Source of the DNA: Escherichia coli
Lineage (GTDB): Bacteria > Pseudomonadota > Gammaproteobacteria > Enterobacterales > Enterobacteriaceae
Direction: 5' to 3' (one strand)
DNA length: 64,000 nt
NCBI RefSeq assembly: GCF_030013205.1
Contig: NZ_CP122648.1
Under the pieces are notes generated by a model. That model was given only the letters and a program-made list of their open reading frames with translations, was not told where the DNA came from and did not search any database. Both the position numbers and the translations under genes were made by a program. Positions 10,951-23,996 of this stretch are shown here, piece by piece (position 1 is the first letter of the stretch; each line of letters begins with the position of its first letter).

Positions 10951-11216
10951 GGGCAAATCCAGATATAGCTTACGAAAATTCAAATCAATTAAACATCAGC
11001 AGAGATTTTATACTCAGGTATTTAATCTGGCCCTCTGTTTATTTAAATAATGTGGAAAGAGATTTTTCACAGGAGATATTATACAAAAAATATAAAATAC
11101 AGCTACCGGTTGCCAAAGACACTATAAGCCTGGCAAAAAAATATTACACAACATAAATGCTAATTGTTTATGCGGGCTTTGTATTGCTTTCTGTATCCTA
11201 CAAATGAGTGAAATTT

Positions 11217-11933
11217 ATGAAAAAGGCTAAAATACTTTCTAGCGTATTATTACTGTGCTTTTCGTCCCCATTAATTTCTCAGGCTGCGACACTGGACGTA
11301 CGTGGTGGATATCGTAGTGGAAGCCACGCCTATGAGACTCGACTCAAAGTCAGTGAGGGATGGCAAAATGGATGGTGGGCAAGCATGGAAAGTAATACCT
11401 GGAATACCATTCATGATAATAAAAAGGAAAATGCCGCACTCAATGATGTTCAGGTTGAAGTTAATTACGCGATTAAACTTGATGATCAATGGACGGTGCG
11501 CCCGGGAATGTTAACGCATTTTAGCAGCAATGGCACACGCTACGGACCCTACGTAAAACTGTCCTGGGACGCGACAAAAGATCTTAATTTTGGCATTCGC
11601 TATCGTTACGACTGGAAAGCTTACCGACAACAAGACTTATCTGGTGATATGTCTCGTGATAACGTTCATCGTTGGGATGGATATGTCACTTACCATATTA
11701 ATAGTGATTTCACCTTCGCATGGCAAACGACGCTATACAGTAAACAGAACGATTATCGCTATGCAAACCATAAGAAATGGGCGACGGAAAATGCATTTGT
11801 TCTACAATACCATATGACGCCCGATATTACGCCATACATAGAATATGACTACCTTGACCGTCAGGGTGTTTACAACGGCAGAGATAATTTATCGGAAAAC
11901 AGTTATCGCATTGGTGTGTCATTTAAACTGTAG
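11217..11933 (+). CDS. nanC: NanC N-acetylneuraminic acid outer-membrane channel (238 aa)
   Basis: MKKAKILSSVLLLCFSSPLISQAATLDVRGGYRSGSHAYETRLKVSEGWQNGWWASMESNTW...; KdgM-family porin, signal peptide. Confidence 0.9.
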   Translation: MKKAKILSSVLLLCFSSPLISQAATLDVRGGYRSGSHAYETRLKVSEGWQNGWWASMESNTWNTIHDNKKENAALNDVQVEVNYAIKLDDQWTVRPGMLTHFSSNGTRYGPYVKLSWDATKDLNFGIRYRYDWKAYRQQDLSGDMSRDNVHRWDGYVTYHINSDFTFAWQTTLYSKQNDYRYANHKKWATENAFVLQYHMTPDITPYIEYDYLDRQGVYNGRDNLSENSYRIGVSFKL

Positions 11934-11952
11934 TAGACAGGAGACAGTCACA

Positions 11953-13059
11953 ATGAATAAAACAATAACGGCGCTTACTATCATAATGGCTTCATTTGCC
12001 GCAAACGCGTCTGTATTACCGGAAACTCCTGTGCCATTTAAAAGTGGTACCGGAGCAATTGATAACGACACTGTCTACATTGGTTTAGGTAGCGCAGGTA
12101 CGGCATGGTACAAGCTGGATACACAGGCCAAAGATAAAAGATGGACAGCGTTAGCTGCATTCCCTGGCGGACCGAGAGATCAAGCAACCTCTGCATTTAT
12201 TGATGGCAATCTGTATGTGTTTGGCGGCATTGGCAAAAACAGCGAGGGCTTGACTCAGGTATTTAATGACGTACACAAATACAACCCCAAAACCAATAGC
12301 TGGGTTAAATTGATGTCGCACGCGCCGATGGGCATGGCGGGCCATGTGACTTTTGTACACAACGGCAAGGCTTATGTTACTGGCGGTGTTAACCAGAATA
12401 TCTTCAATGGCTATTTTGAAGATCTCAACGAAGCTGGAAAAGATTCAACCGCTATAGATAAAATCAACGCCTACTATTTTGACAAAAAAGCAGAAGATTA
12501 TTTCTTCAATAAGTTTCTGTTGTCTTTTGATCCCTCAACACAGCAATGGAGTTACGCTGGCGAATCTCCCTGGTACGGAACGGCTGGTGCGGCGGTTGTG
12601 AATAAAGGTGATAAAACCTGGCTTATTAATGGCGAAGCCAAACCAGGATTGCGAACGGATGCCGTATTTGAACTTGACTTCACCGGTGATAATTTAAAAT
12701 GGAATAAGCTTGATCCCGTCTCATCACCAGATGGCGTCGCTGGCGGTTTTGCGGGGATAAGCAATGATTCTCTTATATTTGCTGGAGGGGCCGGATTCAA
12801 AGGTTCACGAGAAAATTACCAGAACGGTAAGAACTATGCGCATGAAGGCCTGAAAAAATCATATAGCGTTGATATTCATCTTTGGTATAACGGGAAATGG
12901 GATAAATCGGGTGAATTATCGCAAGGTCGGGCCTACGGAGTATCATTGCCCTGGAATAATAGTTTATTAATTATTGGCGGTGAAACTGCAGGCGGCAAAG
13001 CAGTGATGGATTCAGTTTTAATTTCTGTGAAGGATAATAAAGTCACAGTACAAAACTAA
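11953..13059 (+). CDS. nanM: NanM N-acetylneuraminate mutarotase (Kelch-repeat periplasmic protein, 368 aa)
   Basis: ATG at 11953 gives MNKTITALTIIMASFAANASVLPETPVPFKSGTG...; track ORF 11845-13059 is an upstream extension of the same frame. Confidence 0.88.
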   Translation: MNKTITALTIIMASFAANASVLPETPVPFKSGTGAIDNDTVYIGLGSAGTAWYKLDTQAKDKRWTALAAFPGGPRDQATSAFIDGNLYVFGGIGKNSEGLTQVFNDVHKYNPKTNSWVKLMSHAPMGMAGHVTFVHNGKAYVTGGVNQNIFNGYFEDLNEAGKDSTAIDKINAYYFDKKAEDYFFNKFLLSFDPSTQQWSYAGESPWYGTAGAAVVNKGDKTWLINGEAKPGLRTDAVFELDFTGDNLKWNKLDPVSSPDGVAGGFAGISNDSLIFAGGAGFKGSRENYQNGKNYAHEGLKKSYSVDIHLWYNGKWDKSGELSQGRAYGVSLPWNNSLLIIGGETAGGKAVMDSVLISVKDNKVTVQN

Positions 13060-13064
13060 CGCTT

Positions 13065-13088
13065 CAGGGCCCCGGTAAAGGGGCCCTG
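13065..13088 (+). terminator. GC-rich 9-bp-stem hairpin between nanM and nanS (CAGGGCCCC-GGTAAA-GGGGCCCTG)
   Basis: Perfect inverted repeat immediately after the nanM stop; may be an intra-operon attenuator or REP-like hairpin. Confidence 0.4.
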
Positions 13089-13123
13089 CTATCAATTTGT
13101 CATTTCAATTACGCGAAATTTAT

Positions 13124-14104
13124 ATGAACGCAATAATATCGCCTGATTATTACTATATTCTTACCGTTGCTGGTCAGTCTAATGCCATGGCGTATGGCGA
13201 AGGACTGCCATTACCGGACAGGGAAGATGCGCCTCATCCCAGAATTAAACAATTAGCGAGATTTGCGCATACGCATCCCGGAGGCCCGTCATGTCACTTT
13301 AACGACATTATTCCACTGACTCACTGCCCACACGATGTTCAGGATATGCAGGGTTATCACCATCCTCTGGCAACGAATCATCAAACACAGTACGGCACCG
13401 TTGGCCAGGCACTGCATATAGCACGGAAATTACTGCCCTTTATTCCTGATAATGCAGGGGTTCTCATCGTTCCGTGTTGCCGTGGCGGATCGGCTTTTAC
13501 CGCGGGCAGCGAAGGAACATATTCAGAACGGCACGGAGCCAGCCATGATGCTTGTCGTTGGGGAACGGATACTCCGCTATACCAGGATTTAGTCAGCAGA
13601 ACGCGAGCCGCACTGGCAAAAAATCCGCATAACAAATTCCTCGGCGTATGCTGGATGCAAGGCGAATTTGACTTAATGACCAGTGACTACGCGTCACACC
13701 CTCAACACTTTAATCATATGGTTGAAGCCTTTCGTAGGGATCTAAAACAATACCATTCTCAGCTTAATAATATTACTGACGCACCGTGGTTTTGCGGCGA
13801 TACCACCTGGTACTGGAAAGAAAATTTCCCTCATGCGTATGAAGTTATTTATGGCAATTATCAAAATAATGTTTTAGCCAATATTATTTTCGTCGACTTC
13901 CAGCAACAAGGTGAAAGAGGACTGACGAACGCGCCTGATGAAGACCCGGACGATTTAAGCACGGGATATTACGGTTCAGCGTACCGGTCACCGGAGAACT
14001 GGACGACGGCACTGCGAAGCAGTCATTTCAGCACGGCAGCCCGTCGGGGGATTATTTCTGACAAGTTTGTAGAAGCAATTTTGCAGTTTTGGCGCGAAAG
14101 GTGA
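13124..14104 (+). CDS. nanS: NanS 9-O-acetyl-N-acetylneuraminate esterase (326 aa)
   Basis: ATG at 13124 gives MNAIISPDYYYILTVAGQSNAMAYGEGLPLP...; follows nanM. Confidence 0.88.
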   Translation: MNAIISPDYYYILTVAGQSNAMAYGEGLPLPDREDAPHPRIKQLARFAHTHPGGPSCHFNDIIPLTHCPHDVQDMQGYHHPLATNHQTQYGTVGQALHIARKLLPFIPDNAGVLIVPCCRGGSAFTAGSEGTYSERHGASHDACRWGTDTPLYQDLVSRTRAALAKNPHNKFLGVCWMQGEFDLMTSDYASHPQHFNHMVEAFRRDLKQYHSQLNNITDAPWFCGDTTWYWKENFPHAYEVIYGNYQNNVLANIIFVDFQQQGERGLTNAPDEDPDDLSTGYYGSAYRSPENWTTALRSSHFSTAARRGIISDKFVEAILQFWRER

Positions 14105-14111
14105 GCGTTCA

Positions 14112-14762
14112 TTAATTTGATTTATTCGCATCCATCAGCGCTTTTAACTGCTCCGGCGTAAACGGTGGTTTGCGTCGGTGCAACATCGCATGGCAATTAG
14201 GGTACACAGGCAGCAAATCATTAACTGGATCCAGCTGGTAATCCTCTTTAATGGCTGACAGCGGCACCAGGTGATGCACATGGATAAAGCCTTCAGCGAT
14301 ATCACCATAGATCTTCACCAGATCAACACCGCATACGTTGCACTGGCATCCATGATGTTCGACCGCTTTATCTCGGGCCTTTTTATCGCGTTCATAGCGG
14401 TTTACTGTCACCTTTATCGCCGCACCTTCAAGGTATGTCTCCTGCGACGGCAACTCATCCGGGAACAGAACGTCGGCTATGGGAGCCGCAGCGGCTTTAT
14501 CCAGATGAATATGAAATCCCTGCTCTATGAGTAGCTTGACACATTTAGATTTTATTCCGCCGGTGAAATCCGCAGGGGTAAATTGCGTCCCCGTCATCAA
14601 TGTCGCTGCGATGCCAGCAATCGCCTTCGAGGGGTAACGTCGGCCATGATATTCAATCTCATACAACCGCGCAGGCTGGAACTGATGAGTTTCTCCCGCA
14701 TCCCATAAATGGATAGCTTCGATGATATACCGCCGCGGAAGATGATCAGGGAGTTTATTCAT
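14112..14762 (-). CDS. HNH endonuclease-domain protein (216 aa), possibly restriction or defence nuclease
   Basis: C-terminal motif ...CQCNVCGVDLVKIYGDIAEGFIHVHHLVPLS...YPNCHAMLH (Cys pairs and HNH His/Asn residues); N-terminal domain unassigned. Confidence 0.7.
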   Translation of the reverse strand: MNKLPDHLPRRYIIEAIHLWDAGETHQFQPARLYEIEYHGRRYPSKAIAGIAATLMTGTQFTPADFTGGIKSKCVKLLIEQGFHIHLDKAAAAPIADVLFPDELPSQETYLEGAAIKVTVNRYERDKKARDKAVEHHGCQCNVCGVDLVKIYGDIAEGFIHVHHLVPLSAIKEDYQLDPVNDLLPVYPNCHAMLHRRKPPFTPEQLKALMDANKSN

Positions 14763-14841
14763 GGAGAATGTCCTTATACGTTCTCAGAACAGGCAGCAAA
14801 AAAACAAATGAGATCAAGGTAATATATCTTCACTTGCAGGC

Positions 14842-15066
14842 TTGAACAGCAGAAAATTTGCGAGCATGATCGCAATTATTTCACTGCCAGGGATATCAAT
14901 AGCTTCCAGTAAATCGCTACAGCAGGCAATTGCCAATATAAAAATCTGGCACAAGGGTGAACAGCGCGCGCCGCATAAGCCATTGTTATTGCTATACGTA
15001 TTAGCGGGATACCTGAATGGACATCCGCGCCTTTTCGATTATTGTACCTCTGAAGACAGAAGATAA
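14842..15066 (+). CDS. Small hypothetical ORF (74 aa, TTG start), possibly a gene fragment
   Basis: Only an ORF call, divergent from the HNH gene; no recognisable domain. Confidence 0.2.
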   Translation: MNSRKFASMIAIISLPGISIASSKSLQQAIANIKIWHKGEQRAPHKPLLLLYVLAGYLNGHPRLFDYCTSEDRR

Positions 15067-15099
15067 AAGTGAAAACAGGTGTGATGTGGTTGTGACGGG

Positions 15100-15591
15100 T
15101 TAAAGCAGACCATGTTCGGCAAAGGAGAAAACCTGGCTGCCACCGACTATCAGATGGTCCGGCACCCGGATATCCACCAGGCCCAGTGCCTGTACCAGAC
15201 GTTCCGTGATAAGGCGGTCTGCCTTGCTGGGTGTGACTTCACCGGACGGGTGATTGTGTGCCAGCACCACAGCAGCGGCATTGTGATACAGGGCGCGTTT
15301 AATCACTTCACGGGGATGGACTTCCGTGCGGTTGATGGTGCCGGTGAAGAGGGTTTCACCGGCAATCAGCTGATTCTGGTTGTTCAGATACAGCACCCGG
15401 AACTCTTCACGCTCCAGTCCCGCCATGTTCAGAATCAGCCATTCTCGTGCCGCACGGGTGGAGGTGAAGGCCACGCCGGGTTCATGAAGATGGCGGTCCA
15501 GGGTTTTCAGGGCCCGTTGAATGAGGCTGCGCTCGCCGGGCGTCATCTCTCCGGGCAGAAAGGAAAGCTGTTGCATTGTACTTCTCTCCAT
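15100..15591 (-). CDS. RadC-like JAB/MPN-domain protein (163 aa), CP4-type prophage gene
   Basis: JAMM motif ...VVLAHNHPSGEVTPSKADRLITERL...; start codon abuts the stop of the upstream antirestriction gene. Confidence 0.85.
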   Translation of the reverse strand: MERSTMQQLSFLPGEMTPGERSLIQRALKTLDRHLHEPGVAFTSTRAAREWLILNMAGLEREEFRVLYLNNQNQLIAGETLFTGTINRTEVHPREVIKRALYHNAAAVVLAHNHPSGEVTPSKADRLITERLVQALGLVDIRVPDHLIVGGSQVFSFAEHGLL

Positions 15592-16077
15592 TCAGTCGAT
15601 GATGCGCATAATGGCGCTGCATTCCGGATGCTGCAGGGCGTAATCCCGCAGCCGGTAATAATGGACCGTCATGGCATAACACTCCGTACGACAGGCATGA
15701 TGACTGTACGTCATCAGACAGGCAGCAATGCCGGCAGCTTCCGGACTCATTTCAGCGCGGTTACCGTTCATGGCATTGAACAGTACCCATGTTTCGTCAT
15801 CATCGTCATCCGGTTCGGGTGCCATAAATGCCCCGCCGTTGTTCAGGGTGTACAGATTCCAGATACCACCGCAGTAGTCTTCACACAGACGGTCCATCCA
15901 GCCGAAGACACGGGGCTCCAGGGTCACCCACTGTGGAATGAGGCCAAAGTGCTGCGGCCAGAAGCTGATGCGCTGTTCATCAGGGACGAGGGTGGCAACC
16001 AACTGAGGCTGGTCATTCCCTGATGCAGCGGTTACGGAAACAGAAGATGTGGTGGAATTATGTGAAATGGTTTTCAT
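15592..16077 (-). CDS. KlcA/ArdB-family antirestriction protein (161 aa)
   Basis: Family motif FWPQHFG...CEDYCGGIWNLYTLNNGGAFMAP. Confidence 0.85.
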   Translation of the reverse strand: MKTISHNSTTSSVSVTAASGNDQPQLVATLVPDEQRISFWPQHFGLIPQWVTLEPRVFGWMDRLCEDYCGGIWNLYTLNNGGAFMAPEPDDDDDETWVLFNAMNGNRAEMSPEAAGIAACLMTYSHHACRTECYAMTVHYYRLRDYALQHPECSAIMRIID

Positions 16078-16131
16078 GAAATGACTCCTTAAAGGACAAA
16101 TAAATGCGTGGTTTTCAGGGTAATGGCTGAA

Positions 16132-16950
16132 TCAGCGCAGGCTCTCCAGCAGGGTTTCCGCCATCACCCACAATGCGCGGTTGAGCTTAATGTCAGTGTC
16201 AATGCTGTGAATGGCACGGGTATGGATACGTTTTCCTTTAGCGCTGCGACCTGAAATTCCGCCTTTCAGCATATTCTCCTGAATGGTCTGATAAGCACTC
16301 CACAGGTCCTTACCGTAATCCTCCCGGCGTCGTGGCGTCAGAATGTCGGCGGTGGTGACGGGCTGATGTTCGTCACCATAACGGTAAGTCAGTGCCGCCT
16401 GTGCCAGCGCCTGGCGTGCCGGTGGCGGCAGAATCAGCGACTGCATGGCATCACGCTTTTCCTCAATCCGGTCAAACACGCCCACCACCTCGTAAGCCCC
16501 TTCAATGACTCTGTCCACCACATTTCCCCGGTGCGGAACACGCACTTCCCCCAGAGACTGACCACAGACGCATCCGTTCTGGCAGACGAACCTGAAGTAA
16601 CCCGGCAGCATCTGGTAGCTGGAGGTACCGTCATGAGAGTTGAGCAGAATAATTTCAGGGACATGTTCTCCGTTTATCTCTCCGGCCCGCCGCAGACGCA
16701 GCATGTGTTTTGTGTATCCCCGGCGGCCCGGGTCGCGCACACGGGTCTGGCAGGCGAAGAATGGCTGAAAGCCTTCCCGCTGCAGGCTTTCCAGTACGGT
16801 GATGGTGGGGATGTACGTATAGTTCTGGCTTCGGGACGTGTGTTTATCTTCCCCGAAAATCCCCGGCACATAGTGCATCAGTTCTTCGTGTGTCAGCGGA
16901 CGGTCACGGCGTATCTGGTTCGCATAACCAAAACGACTGGCTAGTCGCAT
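16132..16950 (-). CDS. DUF932-family protein (YafZ/YfjQ-like, 272 aa), cryptic-prophage gene
   Basis: 272-aa ORF immediately upstream of the antirestriction-radC pair, as in CP4-type cryptic prophages. Confidence 0.6.
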   Translation of the reverse strand: MRLASRFGYANQIRRDRPLTHEELMHYVPGIFGEDKHTSRSQNYTYIPTITVLESLQREGFQPFFACQTRVRDPGRRGYTKHMLRLRRAGEINGEHVPEIILLNSHDGTSSYQMLPGYFRFVCQNGCVCGQSLGEVRVPHRGNVVDRVIEGAYEVVGVFDRIEEKRDAMQSLILPPPARQALAQAALTYRYGDEHQPVTTADILTPRRREDYGKDLWSAYQTIQENMLKGGISGRSAKGKRIHTRAIHSIDTDIKLNRALWVMAETLLESLR

Positions 16951-17310
16951 AATTTGCTCCTTATCGGTGGTTAAGATTTACTGGTGTAATAAATGAAAAA
17001 GCCACGTCTCCCGGAGAAGACGCGGCCTGATGGGTGAAATGAATGACGTTTATTGTCTGAGAAGACCGTCACTGGCGAGCCGCGTATTAAGCACCTTTCC
17101 GGCATCGGGTTCAGAATTCCGGCAGCGCCAGCGTCGCTGACCTTCCGCGTTGCGGATAACCCGACGGAAATGCATTCCCGGGTCATCCTGGATAAACACA
17201 TTGCGGTAAGCGGTTATGACAGCAACCGCCTGCCCGTATGAGAAAGATCCTTCAGCCAGGACATACTCTGTGTAACCCGGCATATCTGTAAGCGACTCGT
17301 CAGAACCGTA

Positions 17311-17772
17311 TTGATATTTACTGAGAGCTCAGATCAACTTTCCAGGGCAACAGATCGCGTAACGGAAGCTGCCTGCTGGGCTCATGCCCGCCGAAAGATC
17401 CACGATGTGCACGTCCGCATCCCGTCAGCACTGACGGAAGAAGCCCTGGAGCAGATCGGTCAGTTGTACGCCATAGAGGCGGATATAAGGGGAATGCCGG
17501 CAGAGCAGCGGCTTGCTGAACGTCAGCGAAAAACGAAACCGCTGTTGAAATCCCTGGAAAGCTGGTTGCGTGAAAAGATGAAGACCCTGTTCTTCGGCTC
17601 TGGCCATGGTGGTGAGCGGGGAGCGCTACTGTACAGCCTGATCGGGACGTGCAAACTGAATGACGTGGATCCAGAAAGCTACCTTCGCCATGTGCCTGGC
17701 GTCATAGCAGACTGGCCGGTCAACCGGGTCAGCGAACTGCTTCCGTGGCGCATAGCACTGCCAGCTGAATAA
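17311..17772 (+). pseudogene. IS66-family transposase (TnpC) internal/C-terminal fragment
   Basis: ...[16 protein letters not shown]...YAIEADIRG...[29 protein letters not shown]...ELLPW matches IS66 TnpC blocks, but ORF is only 153 aa with no full-length frame. Confidence 0.7.
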
Positions 17773-18010
17773 CACATCCCCGTCAATACGGCCCTCGCTG
17801 TACGCTTACTTTTGTTCGGACTGCTTATGGCCTTTTTCCACTGGTGTAGCAGGAAAGTTAACCGGCTGCCACCATGAGATGACGTGTAAACCGTGCAGGC
17901 ATGTTTTCACGTGGTGACGCTTTCATTGGGGGTCTACGCCGGAACCCCAATATTGTTCACATACATGAATTTGAAAAACTAAGCGATACTGCTGTCCGTA
18001 CCTTATAAAC

Positions 18011-19384
18011 TTATTTCAACGCTTCCGGCAGCGTCACAATCCACAGTTCACTGTCAGACTCCGGTTTCTCCAGTGGCTTCACTCTGAGGGTCGTTTCAAC
18101 CTGCTTGTCGTCAAGCGTCAGCTTTCCTTCCGCGTTCACCCGATAATCCTTGAATGTCTTGCCCTCGACCGGATGTTGCATCGCCACCTTCACGCCAAAG
18201 TCGTTATCGTTCGCCACCGCCAGCGTTTTGCTGTCGATCAGCGCCAACCCTTCAGCCTTCTCCTGCTGCCAGCCCAAGGAGCGCAGATCAACAACCTGCG
18301 TTTTCTGCGCAAGGGTAATGCCGCGCTGTGACAGGGTTTTCTCATCATCAAACTCCGGATACTCACCCGGCTTGTCGAAGCCTGACAGGTCGCTCGCCTT
18401 ATTGAGATCGACCTCGTAAATCAGGTTACGCATTCTGTTGTTTTTATCTCTTCCCTGTTCGATCAGCAGGATGTGCTGGTTATCGAGCGCCACGATGTCT
18501 CCGATTTTAGCGTCGCTGTTTTTGCTGTAGGCCGCGCTGTCGATAGGATAACCGTACATCGCGGTTTTTCCGCTTGCCGGATCGAAGCTCACCAGACGCG
18601 TAAACAGCGCCTTTTTCTTGCTCTTAGCGTCGATATCCAGCGTACTTTGCACGGCGACAATAATACGCCCGTCCGGCATACGGGTGAGGCCTTCAAAGCC
18701 GCGGTTCGCCTGACGCCATTTGAGGATATTTGGCAAACCGCCCGCAATCGCTTTTTCCCCTTCCGCCGCCTGCGGACCGTGGATTGCCAGGATTTTCCCT
18801 TTACTGTCGATGTTAATCAGGAACGGGCCATACTCATCGCACAGCCAGTAACCTCCTTTACCATCCGGAGTGATCCCTTCCGTATCCAGCCCGCGATTAT
18901 CCCCCTTCAGTCTATGTAACGTGTCGCTGAAGGCCACTTCATTGGTGGAGCCAATCACGTCGCTTGCCAGCGGCAGACCGTTGATCGCGCCTTTATCGTC
19001 ATGCAGAGGACGGGGATCGATGGCCTCCGCTTTGCCGTTTTGTACACGAATCGTCATCAGCAGCGGCGCGAAATCTGGCGTAACGAAAATTTTAGTTTCG
19101 TTTTTCCCCTCTTTCGGTGAATCCGCGTTCGGACCGCGATCGGTAATGGTTGCGAATGTCAGGGCATCGCCCTGTTTACCGGTGAACAGCAGGCCAGAAC
19201 CTATCCCAACCGGAAGGCCGTTCGGGAATGCACTGGCAAATGCGCCGGCGTAGTTCACGTGCGTGCCTTCTGGAAAACTGACGACATAGCGCTCAGCCGT
19301 AGGTTGTGCCGCCAGGGCAGAGAAAGAGAGCGTACAACCGATTAGCACGGGAATAATTTTTCTTTTCATATTGTTAGCATCCAT
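18011..19384 (-). CDS. Secreted hypothetical protein (457 aa), possibly phytase-like esterase / beta-propeller family
   Basis: N-terminal signal peptide MKRKIIPVLIGCTLSFSALAAQP; long soluble domain; family assignment tentative. Confidence 0.55.
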   Translation of the reverse strand: MDANNMKRKIIPVLIGCTLSFSALAAQPTAERYVVSFPEGTHVNYAGAFASAFPNGLPVGIGSGLLFTGKQGDALTFATITDRGPNADSPKEGKNETKIFVTPDFAPLLMTIRVQNGKAEAIDPRPLHDDKGAINGLPLASDVIGSTNEVAFSDTLHRLKGDNRGLDTEGITPDGKGGYWLCDEYGPFLINIDSKGKILAIHGPQAAEGEKAIAGGLPNILKWRQANRGFEGLTRMPDGRIIVAVQSTLDIDAKSKKKALFTRLVSFDPASGKTAMYGYPIDSAAYSKNSDAKIGDIVALDNQHILLIEQGRDKNNRMRNLIYEVDLNKASDLSGFDKPGEYPEFDDEKTLSQRGITLAQKTQVVDLRSLGWQQEKAEGLALIDSKTLAVANDNDFGVKVAMQHPVEGKTFKDYRVNAEGKLTLDDKQVETTLRVKPLEKPESDSELWIVTLPEALK

Positions 19385-19639
19385 AAAGTGAAGATCACAC
19401 TACACCATAAAGAAGAAACGAGTCAGGAAAATGACATCGAATGGCAACATGCGCGGGCCTGAGGCCAAAGAAATGTAAAACACTGTTGTTATTTGTAACA
19501 ACGGAAACATTTACGGAAATTATTTGTCTTTCTTCGTGATCAAAAATGCTGTGTCTTGTTGGATTGGAGTGATGAGGGCTGCGTTTAGGAAACGCCCTAT
19601 ATTGTACGGTTGCATTATCGCGGTAGGGGTAATGCACGT

Positions 19640-19859
19640 GTCAGTATGATGAGCTGACCACACTCACGTGGGTGGACTGGTATAACAATCGACGATTGCT
19701 GGAAAGGCAGGGCCATATCCCACCGGCAGAAGCAGAAAAAGCTTATTATGCTTCCATCGGAAACGATGATCTGGCAGCCTGAGTTCACAGATAAAACACT
19801 CTCCAGGAAACCCGGGGCGGTTCACTTAGCCGCGTGTCCATTATTGCTGGATAAGATCA
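19640..19859 (+). mobile_element. IS3-family 3' remnant: last ~46 codons of orfB (19645-19785) plus terminal inverted repeat ending ...GGATAAGATCA
   Basis: Translation ...YDELTTLTWVDWYNNRRLLERQGHIPPAEAEKAYYASIGNDDLAA-stop; reverse complement of the end reads TGATCTTATCCAGCAATAATGGACACGCGGCTAAGTGA, an IS3-type terminus; no upstream remainder. Confidence 0.7.
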
Positions 19860-20005
19860 GTCAATAATAGCAGACCAACCACATCATGAGTCATTCTGAC
19901 CGACACATGCCAGAAGCAGAGGCTCCATCCCATTTTATACCTACCTTATAACACTTAGAAAAACAACATGTTAAAAATGTCTATTGGAAACAATTTTATT
20001 TCCAA

Positions 20006-20028
20006 TTGTAATGATAACCATTCTCATA
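20006..20028. promoter_or_regulatory. Fur box upstream of fecI
   Basis: TTGTAATGATAACCATTCTCATA resembles the GATAATGATAATCATTATC Fur consensus; fecIR is iron-repressed. Confidence 0.6.
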
Positions 20029-20069
20029 TTAATATGACTACGTGATAATTAACTTTTGATGCACTCCGC

Positions 20070-20587
20070 ATGTCTGACCGCGCCACTACCACAGCTTCCT
20101 TAACGTTCGAGTCGCTTTATGGCACACATCACGGCTGGTTGAAAAGCTGGCTGACGCGCAAACTCCAGTCTGCTTTTGATGCAGATGACATTGCCCAGGA
20201 CACTTTTTTGCGGGTAATGGTCAGCGAAACGCTCTCGACGATCCGCGATCCTCGCTCCTTCCTCTGCACTATCGCCAAACGCGTGATGGTGGACCTGTTT
20301 CGCCGAAACGCGCTGGAAAAAGCGTATCTGGAGATGCTGGCGCTTATGCCGGAGGGGGGAGCGTCTTCACCTGAGGAACGCGAAAGCCAACTCGAGACCC
20401 TACAACTCCTCGACAGCATGCTGGACGGGCTAAACGGCAAAACACGTGAAGCGTTTCTGCTTTCGCAACTGGATGGTCTGACATACAGCGAGATTGCGCA
20501 CAAACTCGGTGTTTCCATCAGCTCCGTGAAAAAATACGTGGCGAAAGCCGTCGAGCACTGCCTGCTGTTCCGTCTGGAGTATGGGTT

Positions 20588-20591
<4 letters not shown>
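20070..20591 (+). CDS. fecI: FecI ECF sigma factor (173 aa)
   Basis: [52 protein letters not shown]... Confidence 0.95.
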
Positions 20592-23952
<3,361 letters not shown>

Positions 23953-23960
23953 TGTGTTAA

Positions 23961-23982
23961 CGCCCGGCTTGCCGGGCTTTTA
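23961..23982 (+). terminator. Hairpin between fecA and fecB (CCCGGCTTGCCGGG followed by T-rich run), partial terminator/attenuator
   Basis: Inverted repeat at 23963-23976 directly after the fecA stop. Confidence 0.45.
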
Positions 23983-23996
23983 GCTGGAATGTGATT

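Larger units (their letters stand above)
9631..10961 (+). mobile_element. IS2: Complete IS2 (1331 bp) with 5-bp target-site duplication GATAT (9626-9630 and 10962-10966)
   Basis: Left end TAGACTGGCCCCCTGAATCTCC and right end ...GGGGCAAATCCA; encodes InsC/InsD; identical 5-bp direct repeats abut both ends. Confidence 0.93.

Noticed and set aside
15112-16023. 303-aa plus-strand ORF
   Set aside because: Antisense across the RadC-like and antirestriction genes, which have clear family motifs and coupled start/stop codons; no start context or recognisable domain.
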